NCBI GenBank assembly: GCA_964016885.1
Contig: OZ024745.1
Span: 128,402,001-128,466,000 of the forward strand
Source of the DNA: Eledone cirrhosa
Taxonomy: Eukaryota
Direction of reading: 5' to 3'
Length of the DNA: 64,000 bases
In this document: positions 28,292-43,715 of the stretch, piece after piece
Layout: every line of letters begins with the position of its first letter
Position numbering within the stretch: the first letter of the stretch is position 1
Translations under genes and position numbers: made by a program
The notes under the pieces: model-generated
Told to the model about the DNA's origin: nothing
The model's database searches: none
The model's input: the letters and a program-made list of their open reading frames with translations, nothing else

Positions 28292-28926
28292 TCAAACCTG
28301 GAAAGGGATGGGCTCTGCCAGGTTTCGAGATGCCCTAGAAACGCTGTATGTCAATACGACGCCACTACGACTTCCTCACGAGTTACGGGACCATGTATGA
28401 TGCATATTTAACCTGTCACCAGGTTTAACGCCACAGCACATGTGTGCCATAAGGAAGGCCAGATCTCCAGCCTGGGATTAATTTCTCTCCTTCCTCCAAC
28501 TAAGCTGGGAGGACTTTAAAAGAGTTATGCTCTTTCTCCATTGTCTATTCTTTAATAAAATGTCCTCTTTATGCATCCAAGTGCCATTCCAGTTCATTTC
28601 CAACAGTAAAAGATAAGAAATCCCCTAGCACTAACCCTAATCCTAATCCAATCACTGGCATGCTATGCAAATTAGACTGGCCATTTCAGTTAGGTTCTGC
28701 TTAGTCTTTTATATAATTAGTGTTACGTTATAAGTTCTCTCCGTGGGTAGAGGAAAAAAAGTACATGTCTTGGTGAACAATATTAGAATATATAAAGGTA
28801 ATCCTTATATTCTTCTGAGCACGAAGAAAATTGCAAAAATGTATTAATATTTGTTCATGTTTTCACTGCGCGGCTTATAAGTTTAAAGCTGTGGTTATAC
28901 CTACATTAATTTATCTTGGATTTAAT

Positions 28927-29133
28927 AATTGTTTCTACTTTTGGCACAAGGCCAGCAATTACGCCAAGTGCATTACTGGTACTTTATTTTATCGACCCCG
29001 TAAGGATAAAAGGCAAAGATAACCTCGGGGGGATTTGAACTCAGAGCGTAAAGGGCCATAACTCTATGCTACAAAGCCTGGTATCTGACGTTCTATCGAT
29101 ACTGCCAATCCACAGCCTTTGCCAAATTGTTAA
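28927..29133 (-). mobile_element. SINE S1 with 17 bp target-site duplication
   Basis: atcttggatttaataat at 28913 and 29134. Confidence 0.85.
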
Positions 29134-30384
29134 ATCTTGGATTTAATAATATATAATATTTACTGCGTTGTGCATAAATATTTATTATTGTAATGGCTGA
29201 TTTAGTTGATATTACATTTATTGTTATTAAAGTTGCTTTCTTGGAGGTGTTACTAATATTTTGAGCACGCTACTACAGTTGTCGCCATCTTTGTTGCTAT
29301 TGTCATTTCGTCTTGGTTATTTGTGTTACTGTTTCTTTTACTACTACTGCTACTTTCATTGCCGTTGTTGTAGTTGTTGTAGCTGTAGTTACTGTCTTCA
29401 GTATTACTGCTAGCGTTGTGGTGTTGTTGTTATTACTGTCTTCAGTATTGTTGCTAGTGGTGTTGTAGTTGTTGTTAATGTCCTCAGTATTACTGCTATT
29501 GTTGGTTTCGTTGTATTAGAGTATTTTTTTCTTTTCTAGATATTAACCGCTATAGTTTCTTTACAGTGTTGTTTATCCAAGTTTATAAGCAGCATTTTTG
29601 GAATCTTCCAGCCTGACAGCAATGTGCACCGATGTATTTATCCAACTGTTTGCAGTCGGTACACTTCATTGACTAGTTTTAGTTAAGAAAAGTAAATGAA
29701 AATTAAAAAAAATATATATATATATATATATATTAAAATATAAAATTCAGTATACCAGAGTGAAGTTCAGGTACATTGCAAAACAATGAAAAAAGGACAG
29801 CAACAACAACAACAACTGCAATAAAGGCAAGAACAAAATAACATAGTGACTAAAACAAAACGGAAAAATTGCAAAAAGAAAGGAGAAAGTTGGAAATCTT
29901 GAGTTAAAACAAGAAAAATCTACTACAATGATAACAGCGAAAGTACAGCAAGGGGAATCCTATCGTGTAAAACAGTCTAAACTAATGTATTTTAGGCCAA
30001 ATAACAAACAGAAAAGTAAACAAACCCCAATGTAGTTACAACAACAATAGCAACAACAATATAATATTATATAATATAAACAAATCATAGAAAAGTCATT
30101 TTAACAACTTCAAGAACACAGCAACAACTACAACAACAATTATATAATATAAACAAACAAATCATAGTAAAGCCATTTTAACGAATTCAAGAACACAACA
30201 ACAACTACGACACAACCAGGACAACAACAACAACAATAACAACAGCAGCAGCAGTAGCAACAACAACAACAACAACAACAACAACAGCAGCAGTAGCGAC
30301 AACAGCAGCAGCAGCAACAACAATATATGATATAATATAATATAATATAAACAAACAACAATAACAACAACAACATAATAAACT

Positions 30385-30412
30385 CCGAGCAACGCCGGGC
30401 ACTTCTGCTAGT
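30385..30412 (+). mobile_element. Helitron-like 3' terminus
   Basis: ccgagcaacgccgggcacttctgCTAGt: short GC hairpin then CTAG-T. Confidence 0.55.
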
Positions 30413-30469
30413 AATATAATATAATATAAACAAACAAATCATAGAAAAGCTATTTTAACAAATTCAAGA

Positions 30470-30825
30470 ACACTGCAACAACTACAACAACACAAACAGA
30501 ACAACAACAACACAAACACACGCACTGCAACAGCAACAACAACAACAACAACAACAACAACAAACAGAACAGCTACAACAACAACAACAACAGTAACAAC
30601 AACAACAATGATACTAATAATACTAAAGAATGGAGAGAACAGCTTAAATAGCAGCAAAGCAAGAAGATATTTGAAGAGAGAAAAGGGGACAAAACAAGAA
30701 CGATTAGAAGTCGATGGGGAATAATAAACAACAACAACAGCAACAGCAGCAACGACAACAACAACATCAGCAACAGCAACAACAACAACAACAACAATAA
30801 CAACAGCAACAGCAGCAACAGCGGC

Positions 30826-30862
<37 letters not shown>

Positions 30863-30901
30863 GCAGCAATAACAACAACAGCAGCAACAATAACGACAAC
30901 A

Positions 30902-30949
<48 letters not shown>

Positions 30950-31425
30950 ACAACAACAACAGCAACAAGAACAACAACAGCAACAATAACAAGAGTAACA
31001 ACAGCAACAACAACAACAACAATGATATAACAGCAACAGGTGGTGGTGGTGGTGGTGGTGGTGGTGGTGGTGGTGGTGGTGGTGATGGTGGTGGTGGTGG
31101 TGGTGGTGGTGGTGATGATGGTGGTGGTGGTGATGGTGGTGGTGGTGGTGGTGGTGGTGGTGGTGGTGGTGGTGGTGGTGGTGGTGGTGGTGGTGGTGAT
31201 GATGGTGGTGGTGGTGGTGGTGGTGGTGGTGATGGTGATGGTGGTGGTGGTGGTGGTGGTGATAATAATAACGATGCTGTTGTTGTTGTTGCTGGAGATG
31301 GTGGTTGTGGGGTGAAAAACGTATGAAATTAAAAACAACAGTAACAACAACAACAACAGTAACAACAGCAACATTTTCAACAGGCAATAGTTAGCAAAAC
31401 AACAACAGTTGAAGAAGAGAAAGAC

Positions 31426-31519
<94 letters not shown>

Positions 31520-31567
31520 ATGAGTGAGAGAGAGAGAAAGAGAGAGGGGGGGAGAAAGAAAGAAGGA

Positions 31568-31647
<80 letters not shown>

Positions 31648-31660
31648 GAGAATGAAAGAG

Positions 31661-31703
<43 letters not shown>

Positions 31704-31760
31704 AAAAAAGAAAGAAAGAAAGAAAGACAGAAAGAAAGTAAGAAAGTAAGAAAGAAAACG
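30470..31760. repeat. Compound array (CAA/CAG)n-(GGT)n-(GAAA)n
   Basis: Directly visible; source of the spurious 458-aa ORF. Confidence 0.95.
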
Positions 31761-31955
31761 AAAATTTTTGAAAGATTAAAAAATGGTGGCAAGTAGAAAT
31801 AAGAAACAACCGCAAGGTTTCTTATATCAACTGAAATATTTATTAAATTTTTTTCCTCTTTTCTGCATTCCTTATTTATTGTACATACATACGTCATTTG
31901 ATAAGTTTATATAGATATGTGTATATGTATGTGTGTGGGTTTGGGAGAGCACGCT

Positions 31956-32069
<114 letters not shown>

Positions 32070-32138
32070 CATATATATACATATATATATATGTGTATAT
32101 GTATGTGTGTGGGTTTGGGAGAGCACGCTTGTGTGTGA

Positions 32139-32176
<38 letters not shown>

Positions 32177-32384
32177 TTATATATATATGTTTGTGTGTGT
32201 GTGTGTGTTTGGGTATGTAGCGTAATAATCAACAAGTGGTGAGAGAGTTCTATATCAATAGAATAGTCATATATTTACATAATAATGATATTAAAGATTA
32301 TGTCGGCTACCATCTGATTTCATACTTGAATGGATCAAGTACATTTAAGAAAATATATTTCTATATATTTTATAATGGATCAGC

Positions 32385-32536
32385 TATGCTTTGAAGCATA
32401 GTGTTACGCCCCTTTATGATCTGAGTTCAAATCCCGCCGAGGTTAACTTTGCCTTTCATCCTTGTGGGGTCGATAAAATAAAATACCAGTAATGTACTGG
32501 TAATTGCTGGTCTTATGCCTAAAATAGAAACAATTA
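32385..32536 (+). mobile_element. SINE S1 (5' truncated)
   Basis: Same body as the 17074 copy. Confidence 0.85.
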
Positions 32537-32564
32537 TGTATATATATATATGAATATATATGTA

Positions 32565-32625
<61 letters not shown>

Positions 32626-32776
32626 TTAAAACAACAATTGCATATGATTGTAAGAGCCTCTGATGAATTCACATGCAAAAACCATGTCACAGAAATATAT
32701 ATCAATAAAGCAATTATGGTAAAGTAACCCCATCTTAACTACTTTTAATTAACACACACACACAAACATATATATA

Positions 32777-32822
<46 letters not shown>

Positions 32823-32855
32823 AGCGTGCTCTCCCAAACCCACACACATACATAT

Positions 32856-32969
<114 letters not shown>

Positions 32970-33004
32970 AATATATATATATATACATATATATCTATAT
33001 ACAA

Positions 33005-33446
33005 TATATTAATAAATGGAAATATATTTATAAAACCATAATTATTTTATTATATATATTTCAAGCGCAACCAAGGAAAATTATGTGCGCTTTCATCAGA
33101 TAAAATACACATTTTTATAAATAAATATTGACATAAATATTGACAACATTTTTAAGCTTGTTGAATCCCAACAAATTAAATATAACCTCTGCATATATAT
33201 ATATAAGCAAAGAGATATTTAATTTGTTGGTTATTGAACAAATTTATTTATAACAGATTCGAAGCACTCTACAGGATTTCTGGAGTATAATATCAATGAT
33301 ATTAACAAATGGAAACTATATTTATAAAACCATATTTATTTTATTATATATATTTCAAGGGTACCAAAATGTTGGTACCGTTGAAATATATATAATAAAA
33401 TAAATATGGTTTTATAAATATAGTTTACATTTATTAATATCATTGT

Positions 33447-33480
<34 letters not shown>

Positions 33481-33599
33481 ATACAAATTAAATTTAAGCA
33501 AAGAATCAAAGAATCGCTGCTTTCACCCTTTACAGGATCTTCTGAAATATAATCCTTATCGAACCCTCTTCGGATTTTAGTCATTACATTTATAATTAC

Positions 33600-33605
<6 letters not shown>
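33005..33605. mobile_element. pLTR-tail family E: direct plus inverted copies
   Basis: aaatggaa..tatatttataaaaccata at ~33013 and ~33307, inverted at ~33382-33450; tail shared with ~44378-44460. Confidence 0.6.
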
Positions 33606-33645
<40 letters not shown>

Positions 33646-34053
33646 AAGAGTAATGAATTACATGGTCGGCTGTACAAAAAGGATTTATTAACAATTGTTT
33701 CATTAATCAGGTGAGTCTAAAGGCGGCTGATCGCTAGAAATTACGTCACTCAGCCATAATTAAAGTGTGTGTCTCTGATCAAATCTCTGATCTTTCTATA
33801 TATATATATATGAGAAAAACCACAGACCCTCCATCTCAACTCTACTTTTGAAAAGCAGAAGAACTGCGAAACCGGTAAAGGAACCAAATAAATATATATA
33901 TATTTTTTTTAAATAAGACTCCAGTTGCATTTTCGATTTCATCTTTTTTTCTTTATATATATATATAGAGAGAGAGAGAGAGAAATAATATATATATATA
34001 TATGTATATATATATAAACGAGAAGTTTAATTTAACTTCGTTTATCCATATTC

Positions 34054-34112
34054 GCTGAATTATATATTTCGGTCATAACCATTATTCAACAGCTATGACC
34101 TCATCAAACAGT
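34054..34112 (-). ncRNA. Hammerhead (family B), C3>U variant
   Basis: Minus: actgt TTGATGA ggtcatagc...gttatgacc GAAA tatataatt cagc. Confidence 0.6.
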
Positions 34113-34257
34113 TAGAACTTGAAAAGAAAAAGCAAAAAATAATGATGGAACCAGTTCTTTGAGAAAAAAAATACCATACTTCGGGACAGGACATGTCAAA
34201 GGACCGAAAACTTTGTTGCAACATTAGGTTTTTCTGTTTTTTTCGGTTCAAGTTTTA

Positions 34258-34316
34258 GCTGCCTGATGAGGTCATAGCTGTTGAATAATGGTTATCATCG
34301 AAATATATATTACAGC
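34258..34316 (+). ncRNA. Hammerhead (family B)
   Basis: gctgc CTGATGA ggtcatagc...gttatcatc GAAA tatatatt acagc. Confidence 0.7.
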
Positions 34317-34529
34317 GAATATGAATAAACGAAGTTAATTTTAACCTGCTGACTTACATTTCTTGTTTTTTTAAATTACTCCGGTGTAAACCGACCCACC
34401 TGCACACGTTGAGTGCTCTACCCTGCATATTGAAGTGTCGGTAACCAACGAACAAATACTCAAATTTATATATATATATATATATAGTAATAATAAGTAT
34501 ATGTATATATATATATATGTGTGTGTGTG

Positions 34530-34620
<91 letters not shown>

Positions 34621-35168
34621 ATGTTGAAGGAAACTCTAATTGAGATGTGGAACTAAGTTGTAGAAAAATTGAAAAATTGTTGAAAATCCTGTGTAAGTTG
34701 CAGAGAATATTACGTTAACTTATTAAAATGGACTTGTTTTCACTGTTTACATGAATGCGAGGGTTTGCGCATGCGCGTGTATTGTGGTGATTAAATCGTT
34801 AAAATGGTTCGAATTGACATCATTATTCTATTCATGTATAATGTGTAAGTCTTGCTGTGAAGTTAAGTTTATTTTTTTCATCTTAGTTTGTTTTTAATGT
34901 GCTTGTTTGTTTTCTTGCTCCCTACTGTTGTCTTCACGTTCAGGTATTTTAAGGTGGATTTCTCGAAGCCATCTTAAAAACAGTTAGAAAAGAAAAACAA
35001 ACAAAAATATATTCGAAAGGGACAAACTTTTGTTCTCCCCACGTATGGGGCAGACTCTCTGTTGAATTCTTCTTCCTTCAAAATTCTCGGAGTGAATCCA
35101 TTCAAATCAAAACCACATCTGCTCACAACAACCAATAAAATAATAACAACAATAAAAAAAAATAAATA

Positions 35169-35227
<59 letters not shown>

Positions 35228-35681
35228 ATTTAATTTAATTAAAAATGTCATTTAGTGCTGAGTTTTCAACGACAAATCCATTAATTTATCACAGAATGTT
35301 GATTATAACAGAAAACAGTTTCGTTAAATCTACGGTGAGAGAGGGGAGGTGTGTAAAAGAGAGCTAGAGAGAGAGAGGGGGGGAGAGAGAGATGAAGAGA
35401 GAAATAGTGTAAGAGAAATGCAAAGGATAAAGTTAATAAAAATACCTCTTGGTGTATGTGTTGTGCCTATATGTGCATGTGTGCATATAGGTTTAAGTAT
35501 CCAGAAGGTGTTTGTATGCATGTATGTGTGCGTGTGTGTAATTGTGTCACTGAAAAAGTGTATGTTATGTGTATGTGTGGGAGTTACTGAAAAAGAAACA
35601 CAAATTATGAAAATTGAAAAATTGAAATTGAAACCAAAAGAGAGGGGACAAAGTTGTGGTTGTTTAAAGCATATATAAGAG

Positions 35682-35738
<57 letters not shown>

Positions 35739-35779
35739 TAGATAGTAAGAGAGAAGGAAGAGTCTAAACCTAGCCTCTA

Positions 35780-35890
35780 GTCTAAAGTCTGTCTCAAGTC
35801 AGGGGTCTCATTTGGCCAGTGCTTATCCCGGTTTCGTAGCGTGAAGCGACTGAGACACACCCCTGGACAGGACGCAAGTCCATGGCAGAG
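35780..35890 (-). mobile_element. 3' fragment of SINE S2
   Basis: cccctggacaggacgcaagtccatggcag is the reverse complement of the 20.6 kb motif. Confidence 0.7.
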
Positions 35891-35987
35891 AATTGGACAG
35901 TTTGAAACAAGCAAAATGAATTGACACATAGAAGAGTAAAAGACAAAAACACAGACAAACATATACATTCATATGTATATATAAGTA

Positions 35988-36321
35988 TAAAGACCCTTTT
36001 CGGTTACGAATGACCATGGGCTTTGCACGTAGAGAGTTCCCTTCCTAGGCAAAAACCTGGGCAAGGTGTTATTTTGTTGTGGAAGACCATGCCTGCCAGT
36101 CTCCCCTTTCCACGCCACCAATGCTGCTCAAGGGAAAGACAATGACTTAAACAGTTTACCACCAATGATGTTGTAACTCATTTGTAATGCTGAGTGAATT
36201 TGAGCAACGTAAAATAAAGTTTCTTTCTCAATGGAAGCACAACACAGCACCGGATCCGGAAATCGCACTCACAATCTCAAGATTGTAAGCCTAATGTTCT
36301 CACAACTATGCCAAGCGCTTT
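35988..36321 (-). mobile_element. tRNA-derived SINE (S3)
   Basis: Reverse-complement homolog of 56678-56992. Confidence 0.75.
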
Positions 36322-36378
36322 TACAAGGACACACACGTATCCATTCACACATCTACACATATACACACACATACCCCC

Positions 36379-36521
<143 letters not shown>

Positions 36522-36522
36522 A

Positions 36523-36560
<38 letters not shown>

Positions 36561-36603
36561 TTGTATGTGTCTGTCTGTGTGTGTGTGTGTGTGTGTGTGT
36601 TTG

Positions 36604-36640
<37 letters not shown>

Positions 36641-36671
36641 TTGTGTGTGTCTGTGTGTGTGTTTGTGTGTT

Positions 36672-36733
<62 letters not shown>

Positions 36734-36927
36734 GACTTGATTTTATTTTCATGTTTCACTTCGCTTTCCTTTCGCTGCATGAAACGCCTATATCGATAAA
36801 TGTCAACAGATGAATCACAGCAAAATAAAATTGGAGACTAACCAATGACAACGGTGAACCTAGATAAATAAAGGAACTATAATAATGTATAAAACACGAC
36901 CACAAACTGCATTCGAAAAACAGGTCC

Positions 36928-36964
36928 CGTCTGAAGATCACGGTGGTATGAAACGTATGTCACG
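36928..36964 (+). ncRNA. Minimal hammerhead-like motif (weak stem II)
   Basis: cgt CTGAAGA tcacggtggtat GAAA cgtatg TC acg. Confidence 0.55.
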
Positions 36965-37047
36965 ATAAGGGGAATTCAGATAAAATAAATAATGTACTAT
37001 ATATATATATATTATATCATATTCCAACATTATATTATATATACATA

Positions 37048-37145
<98 letters not shown>

Positions 37146-37165
37146 TATAATATATATAAATATAA

Positions 37166-37213
<48 letters not shown>

Positions 37214-37215
37214 TT

Positions 37216-37299
<84 letters not shown>

Positions 37300-37301
37300 A
37301 A

Positions 37302-37347
<46 letters not shown>

Positions 37348-37349
37348 TT

Positions 37350-37434
<85 letters not shown>

Positions 37435-37529
37435 AATATATATGTGTAAAAATACATATATAAGCATATATAATCATGTATAACATGTATAACATGTATA
37501 AGCATATATATATATATATATATATATAT

Positions 37530-37618
37530 AACGAAGGAAATGTGGTAAGGAACCAGGTGGACCATAACGCACCAAAGTACTTAATACTTAGGGTAGTAGA
37601 GTGGGTAATAGGAACGTT

Positions 37619-37622
<4 letters not shown>
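37530..37622 (-). mobile_element. Family D tail with micro-inversion
   Basis: Conserved tail ending in the hairpin taggaacgttccta, between (TA)n tracts. Confidence 0.75.
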
Positions 37623-37686
<64 letters not shown>

Positions 37687-37962
37687 TATACATACATACA
37701 TACATACATACATACATACATACATACATACATACATACATACATACATACATACATACATAGTTATAAACATTCACGCTTACATGAATATATACATACG
37801 CAATAGCACCAAGCGGGTTAGGAAGAATGAAATACAATGAGTGAACTAAGGAAATAGAAACTCTAAGCTCTGTGACGTTACGCAATTTCATGAACCGTTC
37901 CAAATGGACGGGTTCATTAAATGATGTCTGGCTCATAGACATAATTACTGCCACACACACAC

Positions 37963-38031
<69 letters not shown>

Positions 38032-38068
38032 GGGGGGGGGGAGTGGATAGATATAGACATAGACATAA

Positions 38069-38111
<43 letters not shown>

Positions 38112-38240
38112 CACATAAATATGCATAAATATATACATACATACACATAAATATATATATATATATATATATACATGCATACATATAAATATATATATAA
38201 CTTTGAAGGTAATACATATAATATATATGGATATATACAT

Positions 38241-38383
<143 letters not shown>

Positions 38384-38442
38384 AGGGAGCGTACAGGGAT
38401 GTGTATATTTGTGTAGTAGTGTATGTAATCACACACACACAA

Positions 38443-38495
<53 letters not shown>

Positions 38496-38747
38496 CATAC
38501 ATATATATGCATATATATATACTTTCTATACCTTTCATTTATAAATATATATATATATTGAACCTTACAGAATCACGTGCCTCTTTGAGGTCAAATACCA
38601 ACCCTACTAGCATCTACAAACTGACCAATGAGAATCAAGACTATTCCTGGTGACAACATCAAAGTATTCCTAACAAGCTCATATGTCCCAAGGCTCTGAT
38701 GCCATCAACACTATACACACAGAGCTGGCATATCTAAGAACTGACTA

Positions 38748-38803
38748 ACTGCCTGATGAGGTCATAGCCATTCAATGGCTATCATTGAAATATATATAGC
38801 AGT
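38748..38803 (+). ncRNA. Minimal type I hammerhead ribozyme (family B-related)
   Basis: actgc CTGATGA ggtcatagccat-tca-atggctatcatt GAAA tatata TA gcagt, followed by aataaa. Confidence 0.82.
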
Positions 38804-38867
38804 AAATAAAGGATTATGAGTTCATGCAATTGACTTATGTTTCGTCACTATATATATATATATATAA

Positions 38868-39170
<303 letters not shown>

Positions 39171-39706
39171 AATTAATATAAATTAATATATGATAAACAC
39201 TAATACAAATATATAAGTGTTTGTATTGCAAATGACCAAGTTTGCTAGATTGAAAAATAGTAATTAAATTAATACAGTTTGCCTGTCTCGATTTAAAATA
39301 ATAAATCAATAAAAACAAACCCATATTGGCAATAGCCGTGATACCTAATTTGTATTTCACTGCTCAGAAATACCTCTTTCTTTGAGCTATTTAATTGTAA
39401 AAGACTGTTTGAGTTTATAACTCTATATATAGTATATATATATATATATACACACACACATATATATGGAAAGAGAGACACACAGAGACACACATCAGTG
39501 TATGCATGTGTTTATACGCATTTTTGCACATTCTGAGTGTGTGTGTTTGTGTGTAATTATATATGTGTGTGTTTGTGTGTAATTATATATATGTGTGTGT
39601 GTGTGTGCACACGCGTGTATATGTATTTCATGGATAGTTTAAAGCTGTGGGCATAATTTCTGTAAATACAGACAAGTTCTTGGTACATTTAACCCTGTTT
39701 AAACTC

Positions 39707-39747
39707 CCAGTTACACCCAGTTACACCCAGTTACACCCAGTTACACC
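39707..39747. repeat. 10-bp tandem repeat (CCCAGTTACA)4
   Basis: Directly visible. Confidence 0.9.
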
Positions 39748-40011
39748 TACTTACTTCAATGCCATTTATTTACCATTTTAGTTTTCGGTTTTTAAAATTC
39801 ATTTTCGTTAAATCACGTGTGAGCCCTCAAGGTTACGTACGTACATACATATGTACATACATACGTATGTACATTTATACATACATATGTACATACATAC
39901 TTATGTACATTTATACATACATACATAGATACATACTTATGTACATTTATACATACATATGTACATATATACTTATGTACATTTATACTTACATACATAT
40001 ATACATACATA

Positions 40012-40668
40012 TATTAAAAGCTACAGCAATGTGGAAGACATCCATGTACATAATATGAAAGAGTACAGGTGGAATGTTCCAGTAAAAACCCCAATAAAAT
40101 GCAGGCATAACAGACCAGATATTATGATATGGCACAGGGAGAAGAAAACATGCACAGTAGTGGAAATTAGCTGCCCAGCAGATGCCAATATAATATCAAA
40201 GATTAGTGAAAAGGAGAATATTTATGCAGAACTGATGAGAAATCTGCAGATACTCCACCCTGATTACACCTTCAGATTTATGCCTGTGATTATTGGGGCA
40301 CTGGCATATGTTATTAACTGCCTCAATACAAATCTTGAGAAGCTAGGCTTCACAGGAACAGAAAGAACACAACTAGTTAGGAAACTACAAGTACAATCCA
40401 TTAATGGAACAGTAAAAATATGTAAAACATTCCAAAAATTTTGCATCTAATAACTACATATACACATATACAGATGCAAAGCATATACACATGCACACGT
40501 ACAACTCAAAACATACACATCCACACATACAATAACATCCATATCTACACATACATACATATCTACCTAGTTGATGTCGTCTAAATTCAAATGAGAGTCT
40601 TGTGTCTATGTTAGAAACCGACTCTCTCTCTATTGGGAAAAATTTGTGAAATTATAAAACCAGAACAT
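40012..40668 (+). mobile_element. 5'-truncated R4/Dong-like non-LTR retrotransposon (restriction-like endonuclease domain plus 3' UTR)
   Basis: ORF to 40450: WNVPVKT..KCRHNRPDIMIW...C.VVEISCPAD......SEKENIY..L...P.IIGAL (PD-(D/E)xK RLE signature); flanked by (TACA)n. Confidence 0.85.
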
Positions 40669-40937
40669 ACATACAGACATGATGATGGCTCCCCCCTCGT
40701 TATCGAGTATGGCCATTGCACGATATACCATTATTAATATTAATTAATTAATTCTATCGTGCAATGCCTGTGCGTGAAGATATTTTTTAAAGTGAGGAAA
40801 GACTGTGCACTGAGCCAATACGTCAATACTCATCTTTTTCCATTTTTTCGAGGGTTCTTAACCCCACTATCAGGCTAAATAATTTCTTTAATTTCTTTAG
40901 TCAAAATACGGCGATAACTTACATTTCTAATAATAAT

Positions 40938-41025
<88 letters not shown>

Positions 41026-41767
41026 ATATATATATATAAAATTGCAAGTTTGAAGAATTAGCTATGTATGTGTAACTATGTCTAATTATATACATATATC
41101 CCTTTGAATTTAACATATAATCCCGTAATGTTGAGTAAAACTTTAGGCAGTATCTGGCTGTGTTTTCTAGCAATCACCCTACTCGCCGCCTGGCAACCAA
41201 TTACAACTTTCTGCCTTGACCGCTAGCCACGTGATAATTCTTAGCCATTTTTGAATTCATTTACAACTCTCAATTTAAATCAAGAACCTCGCTATAAATA
41301 TTAAGTTCAGAGTTAGTCTTGTCCTAAGACAGTTCGTAATCATAAAGTGGTAAATCCTGTCACCTGAAAACTAACTTTTCTCTTTATTAGTAGAATACTT
41401 TTCAGTTCCTACCAGTTGGCCATGGTGGGATCTAAACACAGAGCGCAGAGAAACGGAATGAATAACGCAAAGTATTCTATCCGACGCTCTAACGATTCTG
41501 CAAATTCGCTGCCTTGAATATATTACATAGTTCGTTAAACGTAAGAAATTCTCTTCGAATTATTTGCAGCACTATATGCTTATCAAAATGGCTGCATGGA
41601 AAAATATGCTTTGAATTATGTGAGGCATGGCGTGTGTATTGATCTGATTGAGTCTAGAAATATACCTTGGTATTATAGAGTGTACAATACGGGTATCAAA
41701 CGAATTGTATCGGAATTATATGCAGTAAGGTGCACGCGTCAACCTGAATACACAATTACTCTCATTT

Positions 41768-41806
<39 letters not shown>

Positions 41807-41853
41807 CTCTTTCTCCCTATCTCTTTCTCTCTCTCTATCTCTTTCTCCCTATC

Positions 41854-41895
<42 letters not shown>

Positions 41896-42600
41896 TCTTC
41901 CTCTCTCTCTCTATCTCTTTCTCTTTCCCGCTCTTTCTCTCTCTCTCACACACACAAACACACTCTTTCTCTTTCTCACACACACTCGCTTTCTCACACA
42001 CACACTCTCTTTCACATACACACACTCTCTCTCACACACACACACTCTTTCTCACACACACACACCCCGCTCTCTCTGTCTCTCACACACGCACACACGC
42101 GCACACACGCGCACACACGTGAGTCTAATCAGCAGCAAATTTATCAAGACAAAAGTGAAAAGCCATAATACAAAAGTCTCTCAATTCCCCGGTATGTAAC
42201 TTTCTATTGTAGCTACTTTCACATAGCACTGTCAATTAATAAATATGCAAATTATGGTGAATCTGATGCAATGAAGGGCGTCAACGAGATGGGATCAAAC
42301 GTTAAGGTTGATGAGTGTATTTGACCCGAAGTCACAGCTTCCGAGTCACACAATTTCATGCTATCGTGTTGGAGTTTCGTCGACTACATCAAAGAGTGTA
42401 CGCAAGTAGCTCCGGTGTCATGGTGGAAGGGCCGAAACATTTACTGAGTTACTTCATCACCTGATAGGACACCGACTCTTTCATCCAGGGACGGAGTTCA
42501 GCACTACCCTTGGCCCAAAGTATACATATTGCATTGAGTGCTAAAACCTGCGTACACAAGTGTTTGTTCAAATGTACAATTGGGAAATAATTAACAATTA

Positions 42601-42651
<51 letters not shown>

Positions 42652-42702
42652 CAGAAGGGATATTCAATTTGTTGGTAATTCAACAAATATAAATGTTTAT
42701 AA

Positions 42703-42777
<75 letters not shown>

Positions 42778-42805
42778 TTATATGTATGTATATATATATA
42801 TATTT

Positions 42806-43010
42806 ATATTGTTATACTTAGGGAGGGTCATGTTGCCATTAAGAAACACACGCACCAGTTGCTTTCACTTCAATTTATTATAAATTTATTATAATAAATT
42901 GAAGTGCGTGTGTTTCTTATTGGCAATATGGACCCTCCCTAAGTATAACAATATCGGTTTCAACACACGATTTCAGATAAAGAATCTTGCTAAACAAATT
43001 CAGAAACGAA
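42806..43010. mobile_element. pLTR-tail family G fold-back plus extension
   Basis: 42806-42954 is an imperfect palindrome; arm copies at ~43289, ~44479 and ~63361. Confidence 0.75.
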
Positions 43011-43086
43011 ATATATATTTATATATATATATATATATTATAAAATAACAGGAGGCTGGACTGGTGTAATTCCTTGAAGGTATATT

Positions 43087-43144
43087 ATACTATGAACATT
43101 TCAATGACCGGGTTCAGTATGAATCTGGTGACATCATCAGGTAT
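43087..43144 (-). ncRNA. Degenerate type I hammerhead
   Basis: Minus: atac CTGATGA tgtcacc...ggtcatt GAAA tgttca TA gtat. Confidence 0.55.
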
Positions 43145-43246
43145 TCAAAATTTAACAAAGGAATATAATCCACGGGGCTGAAAAGGCAGAGAGACAAGAA
43201 GGTGGCCACACATTTAGCAGTTTCTAGTTCGGTCGGCCGCCCTCAA

Positions 43247-43294
<48 letters not shown>

Positions 43295-43359
43295 ATACTT
43301 TGGGAGGGTCATGTTGCCAATAAGAAACACACGCACCAGTTGCTTTCACTTCAGAAACG

Positions 43360-43393
<34 letters not shown>

Positions 43394-43452
43394 ATTAAAA
43401 TACTGGAGCGTGTTGGAGTTAAACACCCTCTTCGTATTATCTTGTGGTTTTG

Positions 43453-43497
43453 ATTGCCCTGATGAGTCCTTAATAGGACGAAACATTGTTGGCTAAT
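43453..43497 (+). ncRNA. Minimal type I hammerhead ribozyme (family C)
   Basis: attgcc CTGATGA gtcct-taat-aggac GAAA cattg TT ggctaat, overlapping AATAAA. Confidence 0.82.
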
Positions 43498-43538
43498 AAA
43501 GACTTTTGATGTATTGAAGGCTTCTTTGTTTTATTTTC

Positions 43539-43611
<73 letters not shown>

Positions 43612-43715
43612 CTTTGGTAACTTTGATAGGTTTCAGTTTAACTTAATAGCAACACTTGGCGAAGTTTTTCAAATCAGGATTTGGACACGATGGCTCACTC
43701 AGATATATGTATGTG

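Larger units (their letters stand above)
34016..34461. mobile_element. Family B module with ~120 bp inverted arms, each carrying a hammerhead
   Basis: 34023-34135 is inverted to ~34230-34345; the tail matches the 9.55-9.64 kb tail. Confidence 0.78.

Noticed and set aside
28631-28650. ctaaccctaatcctaatcc telomere-like repeat
   Set aside because: Only about three imperfect units
33697-33716. tttcattaatcAG|GTgagt, like a recursive splice site
   Set aside because: Overlaps a minus-strand GAAAcaattgTTaataaa pLTR-like tail; weak pyrimidine tract; likely chance
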